A stretch of DNA of 64,000 nt, taken from positions 110,052,001 to 110,116,000 of the forward strand of contig NC_086097.1 of NCBI RefSeq assembly GCF_963921235.1. The letters run 5' to 3'. Below the pieces are notes generated by a model. It worked only from the letters and a program-made list of their open reading frames with translations, was not told the DNA's origin and ran no database searches. The stretch is from Mobula hypostoma. Taxonomy: Eukaryota. Every line of letters begins with the position of its first letter. Position 1 is the stretch's first letter. Shown piece after piece: positions 13,500-23,699 of this stretch. Both the position numbers and the translations under genes were made by a program.

Positions 13500-13760
13500 T
13501 TCGAAGAAGCATCCCAATTGTCACAGATTTATCAGTGGGTCTTGTGCTACAAGAAACTAATGTTCTCCTTCATATTTGAAAAGCTGATAAGTGACTTTAC
13601 AAGAAATGGGTAAAGACACTGGCTGTCCTGCAAGTCCCACAACATTGAACTGAGTCATTGCTTAAGGGTGCTTGTGGCCAATTAGAATCCTGAATTGTGA
13701 AAAAGGTGATTCCAATATCAACCAGGAAATCTAATTATTTGTTTACAGTCAGTGAAATAA
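13500..13760 (-). pseudogene. Retroviral aspartic protease remnant
   Basis: FLVDIGIT at about 13705-13729 (decayed FLVDTGA), followed by VVGLAGQPV and FLVAQDPLINL. Confidence 0.65.
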
Positions 13761-14055
13761 TGGATTTAGAAATCTTTCCCATGGGCAGGAATGTAATTGT
13801 ACAAGTCTTTTGGTACAATTAGGGAAAGGGTTATTTAAAGTAAACTGAGTAGTCTGAGGTGCTGATGATGGTGGAGGTGGAAGCTGATTGTTATCGAAGT
13901 CGCCTTGGCACTAAGGGCATCTTCAAGGCTAATAGCCAGGCTGTCTGTTAGCAAAACACATCCCTCATGCACATCCCCCTCTTTTACTCCAACCATGTCC
14001 GTCACACCATCTCCATGACCATTGATGTGAATCAAAGAACTGTAAAAACTATACA

Positions 14056-14839
14056 ACACACACAAAATGCTGGTGGAACGCAGCAGGCCAGGCAGCATCT
14101 CTAGGAAGAAGTACAGTCGACGTTTCGGGCCGAGACCTTTCGTCAAGACTAACTGAAAGAAGAGATAGTAAGAGACTTGAAAGTGGGAGGGGAGGGGGAT
14201 ATCCGAAATGATAGGAGAAGACAGGACGGGGAAGGATGGAGCCAAGAGCTGGACAGTTGATTAGCAAAAGGGATATGAGAGGATCATGGGACAGGAGGCC
14301 TAGGGAGAAGGAAAGGGAGGGGAGCACCAGAGGAAGATATAGTGAGAGAGACAGAGGGAGAAAAAAGAGAAAAAGAAAAGGGGGAAAAATAATAAATAAA
14401 TAAATAAATAAATAAATAGGGGATGGGGTGTGAAGGGGAGGAGGGGCATTAACGGAAGTTAGAGAAATCAATGTTCATGCCATCAGGTTGGAAGCTACCC
14501 AGACGGAATATAAGGTATTGTTCCTCCAACCTAATAGTGACTTCATCTTTACAGTAGAGGAGGCCGTAGATATACATAACAGAATGGGAATGGGACATGG
14601 AATTAAAATGTGTGGCCACTTGGAGATCCTGCTTTCTCTGACAAACAGAGCTTTCTCTGGCCCTCCCACTTTCAAATCTCTTACTATCTCTTCTTTCAGT
14701 TAGTCCTGACGAAGGGTCTCGGCCCGAAACATCGACTGTACCTCTTCCTATAGATGCTGCCTGGCCTGCTGCGTTCCACTAGCATTTTGTGTGTGTTGTT
14801 TGAATTTCCAACATCTGCAGATTTCCTCGTGTTTGCACT
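14056..14839 (-). mobile_element. Penelope-like insertion with inverted pLTR (minus 14056 to about 14655, plus about 14656-14839)
   Basis: 15-bp TSD TGTAAAAAC(T/C)ATACA at 14041-14055 and 14840-14854; two oppositely oriented hammerhead-bearing pLTR ends. Confidence 0.85.
14702..14737 (+). ncRNA. Minimal type I hammerhead ribozyme motif (Penelope pLTR), near intact
   Basis: AGUC-CUGACGA-A-GGG-UCUCGG-CCC-GAAAC-AUC-GACU; core intact, cleavage triplet AUC instead of GUC. Confidence 0.65.
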
Positions 14840-14879
14840 TGTAAAAACCATACATTTAGTGTAGCATTACTGTTCAAAT

Positions 14880-15182
14880 TGTTGGCGCGTAGCCAAGTGG
14901 TTAAGGCGTTCGTCTAGTGAACTGAAGGTTGCTAGTTCAAGCCTTGGCTGAGGCAACGTGTTGTGTCCTTGAGCAAGACACTTAACCACACATTGCTCTG
15001 CGACAACACTGGTGCCAAGCTGTATGGATCCTAATGCCCTTCCCTTGGACAACATCGGTGTCGTGGAGAGGGGAGACTTGCAGCATGGGCAACTGCCGGT
15101 CTTTCATACAACCTTGCCCAGGCCTGCGCCTGGAACCTTCCAAGGAGCAAATCCATGGTCTCATGAGACTAACGGATGCCTA
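14880..15182 (+). mobile_element. tRNA-derived SINE with CORE-like domain and RTE-like 3' tail
   Basis: A box TAGCCAAGTGG and B box AGTTCAAGCC; TGTGTCCTTGAGCAAGACACTTAACC is CORE-like; 12-bp TSD TACTGTTCAAAT at 14868-14879 and 15183-15194. Confidence 0.8.
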
Positions 15183-15429
15183 TACTGTTCAAATCAAAAA
15201 CAATACCAGTCACAAGTGGATCACGTAAGCCAAATGCACATCAAGAAGGCAATGTTAAAACTTAGCTTACAGTGAAATTGTAAGCAGAATGATAAGCCAA
15301 AACATGGTTACTGCCATTTAGTTAAATATGAAACAGTGCTGCCAGTTAAAGTAACATTAAAATTGTATAGGACAGCTGTCACAAAATGATCTCTCTCTCT
15401 TCCCTTTCCCTGGAGAACTCTTTCAACTA

Positions 15430-17029
15430 CAGTGGCATGCAAAAGTTTGGGCACCCCTGATCAAAATTTCTATTACTGTGAATAGTTAAGTGAGTAGAAG
15501 ATGAACTGATCTCCAAAAGTCATAAAGTTAAAGATGAAACATGCTTTTCAACATTTTAAGCAAGATTAGTGTATTATTTTTGTTTTGTACAATTTTAGAG
15601 TGAAAAAAGGAAAGGAGCACCATGCAAAAGTTTGGGCATCTCAAGAGATTTGAGCGCTCAGAAAACTTTTATCAATGTCTCAGACCTTAATTAGTTTGTT
15701 AGGGCTATGGCTTGTTCAGAATCATCGTTAGGAAGGCCAGGTGATGCAAGTTTCAAAGCTTTATAAATACCCTGACTCCTCAAACCTTGTCCCAACAATC
15801 AGCAGCCATGGGTTCCTCTAAGCAGCTGCCTAGCACTCCGAAAATTAAAATAAATGTTGCCCACAAAGCAGGAGAAGGCTATAAGAAGATAGCAAAGTGT
15901 TCTCAGGTAGCCATTTCCTCAGTTCGTAATGTAATTAAGAAATGGCAGTTAACGGGAACGGTGGAGGTCAAGTTGAGTTCTGGAAGACCAAGAAAACTTT
16001 CCAAGAGAACTACTTGTAGGATTGCTAGAAAGGCAAGTCAAAAGCCCCGTTTGGCTGCAAAAGATTTAGCAGACTTTGGAATGGTGGTGCACTGTTCTAC
16101 TGTGTAGCGACACCTGCACAAATATGACCTTCATGGAAGAGTCATCAGAAGAAAACCTTTCCTGCATCCTCACCACAAAATTCAGCATCAGAAGTCTGCA
16201 AAGGAACATCTAAACAAGACAGACGCATTTTGGAAACAAGTCCTGTGGACTGATGAAGTTAAGATAGAACCTTTTGGCCGCAATGACCAAAGGTATGTTT
16301 GGAGAAAAAAGGGTGCAGAACTTCATGAAAAGAACACCTCTCCAACTATTAAGCACGGGGGTGGATCGATCATGCTTTGGGCTCGTGTTGCAGCCAGTCG
16401 CATAGGGAACATTTCACTGGCAGAGGGAAGAATGAGTTCAATTAAATACCAGCAAATTCTGGAAGCAAACATCACACCGTCTGTAAAAAAGCTGAAGATG
16501 AAAAGAAGATGGCTTCTACAACAGGATAATGATCCTAAACACACCTCAAAATCCACAATGGACTACCTCAAGAGGCTCAAGCTGAAGGTTTTTCCATGGC
16601 CCTCACAGTCCCCCGACCTAAACGTCATCGAAATTCTGTAGGTAGACTTCAAAAGAGCAGTGCATGCAAGACAGCCCAAGAATCTCACAGAACTAGAAGC
16701 CTTCTGCAAGGAAGATTTGGTGAAAATCCCCCAAATAAGAATTGAAAGACTTAGCTGGCTACAGAAAAGCGTTTACAAGCTGTGATACTTGCCAAAGAGG
16801 GTGTTACTAAGTACTGACCACGCAGGGTGCCCAAACTTTTGCTTCAGGCCCTTTTCCTTTTTTGTTATTTTGAAACTGTAAAAGATAGAAATAAAAAAAG
16901 TAATTTTGCTTAAAGAAATGTGTCATCTTTAACTTTATACCCTTTGGAAATCAGGTCATCTTTTACTCACTTAGCTATTCACAGTAACAGAAATTTTGAC
17001 CAGGGTGCCCAAACTTTTGCATGCCACTG
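15430..17029 (+). mobile_element. Full-length Tc1-like DNA transposon (IR/DR type), 1600 bp
   Basis: TA TSDs; long TIRs starting CAGTGGCATGCAAAAGTTTGGGCACCC with internal direct repeats; transposase inside. Confidence 0.95.
15808..16817 (+). pseudogene. Tc1 DDE transposase, inactivated
   Basis: MGSSKQL...GRPRKL; WTDE, QQDNDPKH, SPDLNVIE; TAG stops at 16105 and 16639 plus a late frameshift. Confidence 0.9.
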
Positions 17030-17614
17030 TATTTTTGCACCTTATTTCTCCAGGGATTAGTGTGAACCACCTTACAGATTCCATCCACTCCTCAACATAC
17101 TTAACGCTGGTATATAATGCACAAACATGGAGTCCCCTCAGGACTCTCACACTACCATCCATGCATTCACAGTCATCCACACTCCAGAATTCCTTTTCTC
17201 ACTCACACTCACACACAGAAGAGAGTGAAAATAAAGAATACTCTTACCTGCAATGATCTGTCTCCATTTTTTCAATTCTTCTTCTGTTTGTGGGACCTAG
17301 CCCACTGGTGCACTCACAGGGCCTGAACCCTACTCAAGACACCTCAGGCAAACCTGTGGGACCAAAACATGGCTCGAGGTTTTCCCTTTTTCTTTTTTTT
17401 TACTGCTGCTGCTTTCCTTCATTAACTCCTGTTCCTCAATATGTCAGTGACTAATGCAATAGTGTACAGTACCTTCACTACTCCATACAGCAGGAAATTT
17501 GCTTTCCAACAGCAGACTCAGTCCTTTACTCAAATATGAACTGCCTAGGATTTGGGACTGTAACTACAAGGACACTATTTCAGTCCTCCCACATAACGAG
17601 GTCAAGGAATAGCC

Positions 17615-17632
17615 ATCTCGGTGGAAACTCCA
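17615..17632 (-). promoter_or_regulatory. ERV primer binding site, tRNA-Gln
   Basis: Minus strand TGGAGTTTCCACCGAGAT matches 17/18 to the complement of the vertebrate tRNA-Gln 3' end (TGGAGGTTCCACCGAGAT); 5 nt from the LTR edge. Confidence 0.8.
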
Positions 17633-17877
17633 CTAACTGTCACCACCAATTAACTGGACTCTGACAACTCACACTTGTTCCTCAGTCACACTGTATTAAC
17701 TTGTCCACAAGGAGAACAACATGGCCCCTGTTACCAAACTACTGCAAAGTTTGAACAAAGAAATGTCATTTTTATACAGAAATTGACCAGTTGTACAAAT
17801 ATTGGTCCAATAGAAACTTTGTACACTTCTGAATCCCATCATTTGCATATTTAAGTACCAATTATAATGCATATTTC

Positions 17878-19030
17878 TGTCATGGTCCAGTCCGTGAAGT
17901 CCATATTCCGGTTCACGGTCCAGTCCAAGGACCCTTGCTCCAGGTTTTCCTGTCTACCCTGTTTCTGTTCTTATTGAGCACTAATTGAGGCAGCTGATGC
18001 TCGTTGGGGCTGGCTGCATAAATACCTTCAGAGACCAGGGTGTGGCTGCTGGATTGTTCTTGTCCTTACTCCTTGTATCCCTTCCTCTGCCTTCTGTTTC
18101 CTCGTCTGAAGCCCTGCCTTGTCTTGCCGGTAACTCTCACCTCACCTAAAGTTCTCGTCTCGCCCTGCTTTGCCAGAAGCCTTGCCTTGTCTTGCCGGTA
18201 ACTCTCGCCTCACCTGAAGTTCTCGCCTTGCCTTGTATTGCCTGAAGCCTTGCCTTGTCTTTCTGGTAAATCTCGCCTCGTCTCGCCTGCAGTCTTGTCC
18301 TGGAGCCACCCTGTACCCAGCTCCCTTCCTGTCCCTTGCCTCCGCCCAGGTAAGCCAGGCCGTCTTGCTGTTACCTACGGTTGGTTCTGTCCCTTCCTGT
18401 CCCTTGCCTCCGCGCCCTGCCCAGGAGTACCGCGCCCTGCCCAGGAGTACCGAGCCCTGCCCAGGTGAACCGCACCCTGCCCAGGAGGAGCCTGCCTAGC
18501 CTCAAGCCTGAAGACTCCAGCCTCCTGCCTCCTGTCAAGCCTTGCCTCAAGTCTCTAGCCTCTAGCCTCAAGCCTGAGGACTCCAGCCTCCTGCCTCCTG
18601 CCAAGCCTTGTCTCTAGCCTCTAGCTTCAAGCCTGAAGACTCCAGCCTCATGCCTCCTGCCAAGCCTCACCTCAAGACGCTAGCCTCTAGCCTCAAGCCT
18701 GAAGACTCCAGCCTCCTGCCTCCTGCCAAGCCTCGCCTCTAGCCTCAAGCCTGAAGACTCCAACCTTGTCCTGCTTGTCTTGTCTGCCAAGCCTCATCCT
18801 TGCCTAGTTCTGGGGTCCGAGCCAGGGGCAAGACCCAGGTACTGGGACCTTGTCCAGTCTCTGGCTCGGAGTCCAAGCCCGGGCTCCTAGCTTTCTTGTC
18901 CAGTCCTGTTCCGGGTTCCCGGTTTTCATGTCCATGTCCTTGACCTCACCCTGTATCCTAGTCCTGTCCCTAGTACTTCAGTGTCTGTGTCTTGCACTTG
19001 GGTCCGTTCCCAGCCACCCGTCGAATGACA
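17878..19030 (+). mobile_element. Solo LTR (1153 bp, Gypsy-type) with internal tandem expansions
   Basis: TGTCAT...ATGACA termini; 5-bp TSD ATTTC at 17873-17877 and 19031-19035; ATAAATA near 18018. Confidence 0.85.
18498..18770. repeat. Minisatellite inside the solo LTR
   Basis: About 5 copies of GCCTCAAGCCTGAAGACTCCAGCCTCCTGCCTCCTG(C/T)CAAGCC with variable linkers. Confidence 0.85.
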
Positions 19031-19559
19031 ATTTCAGGTGTTATTACCCAATTAAAACTATGTATTAAAGGCCATCAATACTTGAAAATTAGCAAAGTAA
19101 CTGTTCAATAGTAAGTAGTTCACTGGAATCCTTCACCTGCATCTTTATCTCACCTCGGTATGCTCAGTGATCTTGGTCCCCAGGCTTGAACAGAAAGGCT
19201 GTACAAGAGAATATTTCAACAATGGGGCAGGTGAAGTGAAGATGGAAATCGTAAATGATGGGGGATCTTGATCAGTTAGAGAAATGGCCAAGGAGTGAAA
19301 AATGGATTTCAATACAAGATTCATGGATGTTTGATGCCATTTCCAGTACATAAGTGTAAAGGAGAACAAAATTATTGTTACTCCAGATCTAATGCAGCAC
19401 AAAGATACATAATAAAATAAAGAAGACAATAACAAAAACCATAATAAATATAAATACATAAGATAGCCTACATGTATGATTGTATGTCCATAAATCATAA
19501 GGGATACCTACCCAAGAAACTGTTGTAGGAAAGCAGTATCCATCAACAGTGATCCCCAC

Positions 19560-21415
19560 CACTTCAGACACCTCGCTCAGAAGCCTGGAGTGTAGTCCAT
19601 CTGCTCTAGGTGACTTATCTACCTTCAGATCTTTCAGCTTCCTGAGCATTTTCTCCATAGTAATAGCAACTGCATTCACTTCTGCCCCCTGACACTCTTG
19701 AAACTGGCATATAGCTAGTGTCTTCTACAGTGAAGACTGATGCAAAATACTTATTCAGTTCATCCGCTGTTTCCTTGTCCCCCATTACTTCCTCTCCAGC
19801 ATCATTTTCCAGCAGTCCGATATCTCCTATCGTCACTCTTTTATTCTTTATATATCTGAAAAAACCTTCTGGTATCCTCTTTGATACTGTTGACTAGCTT
19901 ACCTTCCTATCTCATCTTATCCATCCATATGGCTTTTTTAGTTGCTTTCAACTGGTTTTTAAAAGCTTGCTAAGCCTCTAACTTCCCATTAAATTTTGCA
20001 CGGTACTGTGATTGTCAATGTGGACCGTAGAGCGAGTTTGTAAATTTGCTGGGAACAAGGAACGTTGAGAATGGCAAAGATGGAGCATGGCAGGAGGGGT
20101 GTGGTACTTGTGGCGGAGAAGTGCCAGAGATGGGGGGGATGGCGCTGTGCAGATACACCAAGTCTTGAGACACCAGGCAAGGTCATTTGATTCCAAACAA
20201 TTGGTTTATTGATCATTACAGAATGTCTCTCTGGTGTTTCCTGCTCCCTCCCCATCACTTCCCCTTTTCCCAACTATGATTCCCCTCTTCCTGTCACCTT
20301 CCCACTCTCAGTCCACAATAGGGATCCATATCAGAATCAGATTTATCATCACTCACATGTATCCTGAAATTTGTATTTTTTTGGAGGCAGCAGCACAGTG
20401 CAATACATACAATTATTACACTACTGTGCAAAAGGTCTTCAGCACTTGAGCAATATATACAGTATGTGTCTATGACTTTTGCACAGTACTGTATATGCTT
20501 TCTGTTTTGCTCCTATGTTGACCTTGGCTTCCTTTGTCAGCACGATTCTGTCATCCTGCCTTTAGAATACTTCTTCTTTGGGACCTACCTATCCTGCACC
20601 TTTCACATTGCTGCTCTGCCATCATCCCCTGCTAGTGACCCTTCCAATCAACTTCAGCCAGCTCCTCTCTCATGCCTCTGTAATTCCCTTTACTCCACTG
20701 TAATATTGATACACGTGACTTTAGCTTCTGGCTCCTGAGGGTTCCTTGACACAACACCCAATCCAGAATAGTCGATCCCCTAATGGGCTCAATCACAAGC
20801 TGCTCGAAAACCTATCTCATAGACATTCTACAAATTCTCTCTCTTGGGATCCAAAATCAACACCAACCTGATTTTCCCAATCTACCTGCATATTGAAATC
20901 CCCTATGACTATTATAACGTTTGAGGGTCGGCATAACATTGTGGCCGAAGGGCCTGTACTGTGCTGTACTATTCGATTACCCTTTCGATGTGCATTTTCT
21001 ATCTCCCAATATAATTTGTAGCCCACATCCTGGCTACTGTTCAGAGGCCCGTATATACTTTAACTCCAGTCAGGGTCATTTTGTCCTTGCAGTTCCTTAC
21101 TTCTACTCACAACAATTCTACATCTTCTGATTGTATGTCACTTCTTTTTAAGGATTGTATTTTTACCAACAGACCCATGCTACCCCCTCTGCCTACCTGC
21201 CTGTCCTTTTCAATACAATGTGTATCCTTGGATGTTAAGCTCCCAACTCTAATCTTCTTTCAACCATGACTCAGTGATGCCCACAACGTTATACCTGCTA
21301 GTCTCTAACAGCATTAAAGATCATCTACCTTATTCTATATAGTGTGTGCATTCGAATATACCACCTTCAGTCCGGTATTCATCATCCTTTTTGATTTTGT
21401 CCCCCTGTTATATAG
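19560..21415 (-). mobile_element. Decayed CR1 LINE (endonuclease to RT region) with small insertions; continues at 25529 to about 25900
   Basis: LKVDKSPRADGLHSRLL, DELNKYFASVFTVED, VIGDFNMQVDWENQ; sequence rejoins across the Gypsy insertion. Confidence 0.8.
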
Positions 21416-22125
21416 TGTAAGGGGGTTTCGACTTTTATGTTACTGCGGAGGTTAATTAAAATGGCATCTTTGTTATGTTAATCTGGGGAATGTGGTTTTG
21501 TTGTGTTAAACGTTGAGAAAGTTTGCGCTAGCAGCTTGTTTTTGTTTAGAGTGTGATAAGAAATATGTTATTAACCAATTGGGATAGTTGTTATGTTTTT
21601 GGTGTATTTGAAGATACTGTATGCGTGGGGTTTTGGGGCAGAAGGCGGGAGAGCGAGACAGAGGATGGACGATGTGCTGTGATGTCCGCTAACGGGGTCG
21701 GACCCTGAGGAGAGCGTTCGGCGAGGAGACGGAGACGGACTCGTGCGGAGCGTCTGGTCGACCACTGTTGGTGGTCCGAGGTGGCCGGTCGAGGTGGTCT
21801 GAGGGGTTGCAGGGTGAAGAAGAAGGTCCTTGAGCTCCAACAGTTTTGTGCACGAAGAGATTGAACTTTGATAAGTGTGGCGCCTTTTATTTTCCTTTCA
21901 TATTTTATTCTCTATTAATTATATATTTCCAGTAATATCTATAAACTGTAAATCATTTAATTGTATCTGGTGTATTGTCTGTTATTTGGGCGGCATGGGG
22001 TACCTCACACAGCATCCAAACAAACTATTACCCAGTTTGCCAGGGCTGAGGGCTGTTTCCCTAGATGACAGCGAGCCGAGCGAACCTGAGGGTGGCCGGG
22101 TGGGGGGGGGGGTTGGGGGGCTACA
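21416..22125 (+). repeat. 5' LTR
   Basis: TGTAAGGGGGTTTCGAC...GGGGCTACA; direct repeat of 24838-25528. Confidence 0.95.
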
Positions 22126-22329
22126 TTGTGGGCTTTGTCGGGGATTGAGTCTGCTGGTATGCAATGTGGGTGCCCTGTTTAAATCTGTAATGTGTGTCTC
22201 TGTGGGTTATTTGCTGGTGATTGCTGGTGGGTGAGGTCTTTGTTCGAGTTCAGACTAGCATTGACGAGTTGGAGGTGGCACTCGGGGCTGTCCATGCTGT
22301 TGGGGAAAGAGAGGAAAGAGTGGTCTGAT

Positions 22330-22620
22330 TTGGAGGTAGGGACTGTGAATAAATGTTCCAGCTCCGGCAGGCTCCGCCTGGCGTTTGGGATAGTGTCCAC
22401 CCCAGGAGGGGCGGAGGCGTGCGAGACATGGGTGGAGCGGATCTCTCAGTTGTTAGATGAGTGGCAGTGCTCGGTTGAGGGAGAGCGACAGGGATTGGTT
22501 GAAAGTTTGAGTAGGCGGGCTGGTGACGGTGTTAGAGCTGTCAGGTTCACTTACACCGTAGTGACAGCTGTCAGTTATTTGAAAGAGGGGGGAAAGTTTT
22601 CAGTGTGTCTTCTCTGGCTA
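22330..22620 (+). pseudogene. PNMA-type Gypsy gag remnant
   Basis: [47 protein letters not shown] resembles the PNMA/Gypsy capsid motif (LRIFSG...FETWLE...EW..SE.EKRRRLLESL). Confidence 0.75.
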
Positions 22621-22819
22621 GGAGGGCGGCTAAATTGCTTGCAGTGCCAGGGGGATCATTTCAGGGGATCAGCCCCTCCTTCAGTTGTTCAGCTGATCAG
22701 AGAGGTGTCAGGAAACTTAGTGGAGGCCCAGTGGGGGAACGGCTTGGGGTCTCTGGGGAAGCACATTCCCAGCAATGTACCGATGAACTTCCGAAAGGAA
22801 AAGACCCTATTCCTGAAGG

Positions 22820-23699
22820 CTTAGAGGGGCCACGCCCCAGGGTGTCGCTATGGATAGAGGGAAGCGATGCTAAAGCTATCCTCGACCCCGGGGCACAGAT
22901 CAAGTTGTTGTACAGTTCGTTTTACAACCGGTGTCTGAAGCATTTATCCTTGACAACCGCAAGGGCACCGGAGGCTTTGGGTACTAGTGGCAGTAGTTAC
23001 CCAGAAGACGATGATTGGTTAATGACCCTGGAGTTCATGGAGGCATTTTCTGGGCACCCAGCGTGTCAAGTTGCTTCTGAGGACATGCATAGCAGCCTTG
23101 AGCCAGTACCGAATTTAAACAAGACCCAGCGGTGGTACGGCTTGGGGAAAGTAGCTGAGGGTGAGACCCTCTTAGTAGATGCTCCGAACTACCACGAGGG
23201 AGGGGAGTTGACCGCTGAAGACACCTCAGTGAGAGAGAGGACGCAGCAACTGGACCCTAGCGGTATGGAAGATGAAGGCAGTGTGTGTGTGGATTATGCG
23301 ATGTGGTTTAATGTGCTGTATCTGAGGAGTGGATGTTGGCAGATCCCGAAGAATGCGGCTGTTGAGCCGAAGACGGCTGTTACTAGTTCCCTAGGATTCT
23401 TCCGATCCGAAAAGATGCCCATGGGCATATCCGGAGCCCCTGCATCCTTCCTGCGGGGCATGAGGAAGACCATGGGGGAAGTGAAGATGTGTGGAGTTTT
23501 GGCGTATGTGGATGACCGCCTAGAGCTTGGACTTGCTTGGGGGGACTATGAGGCAAGGCGAGTGGCTGAGCCCGGGTGACCGAAGTGAAGTGTCAAATGT
23601 GGAGGAGTTTTTGGCCGGAGGAGTTTGGTGCAATGTGAGAAAAATGACCCAACATACCAGTTGAACTTCCTGGTGTTAAGACAGACGGTGGTGGACCGG
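22820..23699 (+). pseudogene. Compacted Gypsy pol remnant (protease, partial RT, partial RNase H)
   Basis: AILDPGAQI (protease); [15 protein letters not shown]...KTA...[12 protein letters not shown]...AYVDD (RT); FGRRSLVQCEKNDPTYQLNFLVLRQTVVD at 23610-23696 (RNase H). Confidence 0.85.

Larger units (their letters stand above)
10915..17877 (-). mobile_element. Decayed endogenous retrovirus (class I, gamma/epsilon-like) with nested insertions
   Basis: Two homologous LTR segments (10915-11049 plus 11919-11945, and 17638-17817) both starting TGTCA on +; tRNA-Gln PBS; protease and integrase remnants in retroviral order. Confidence 0.8.

Noticed and set aside
14885..14955. tRNA gene
   Set aside because: It is the head of a SINE: it continues into CORE-like and tail sequence and has a 12-bp TSD.
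18498..18770. CRISPR-like repeat array
   Set aside because: Linkers are related to each other rather than unique spacers; it lies in a eukaryotic LTR and there are no cas genes.
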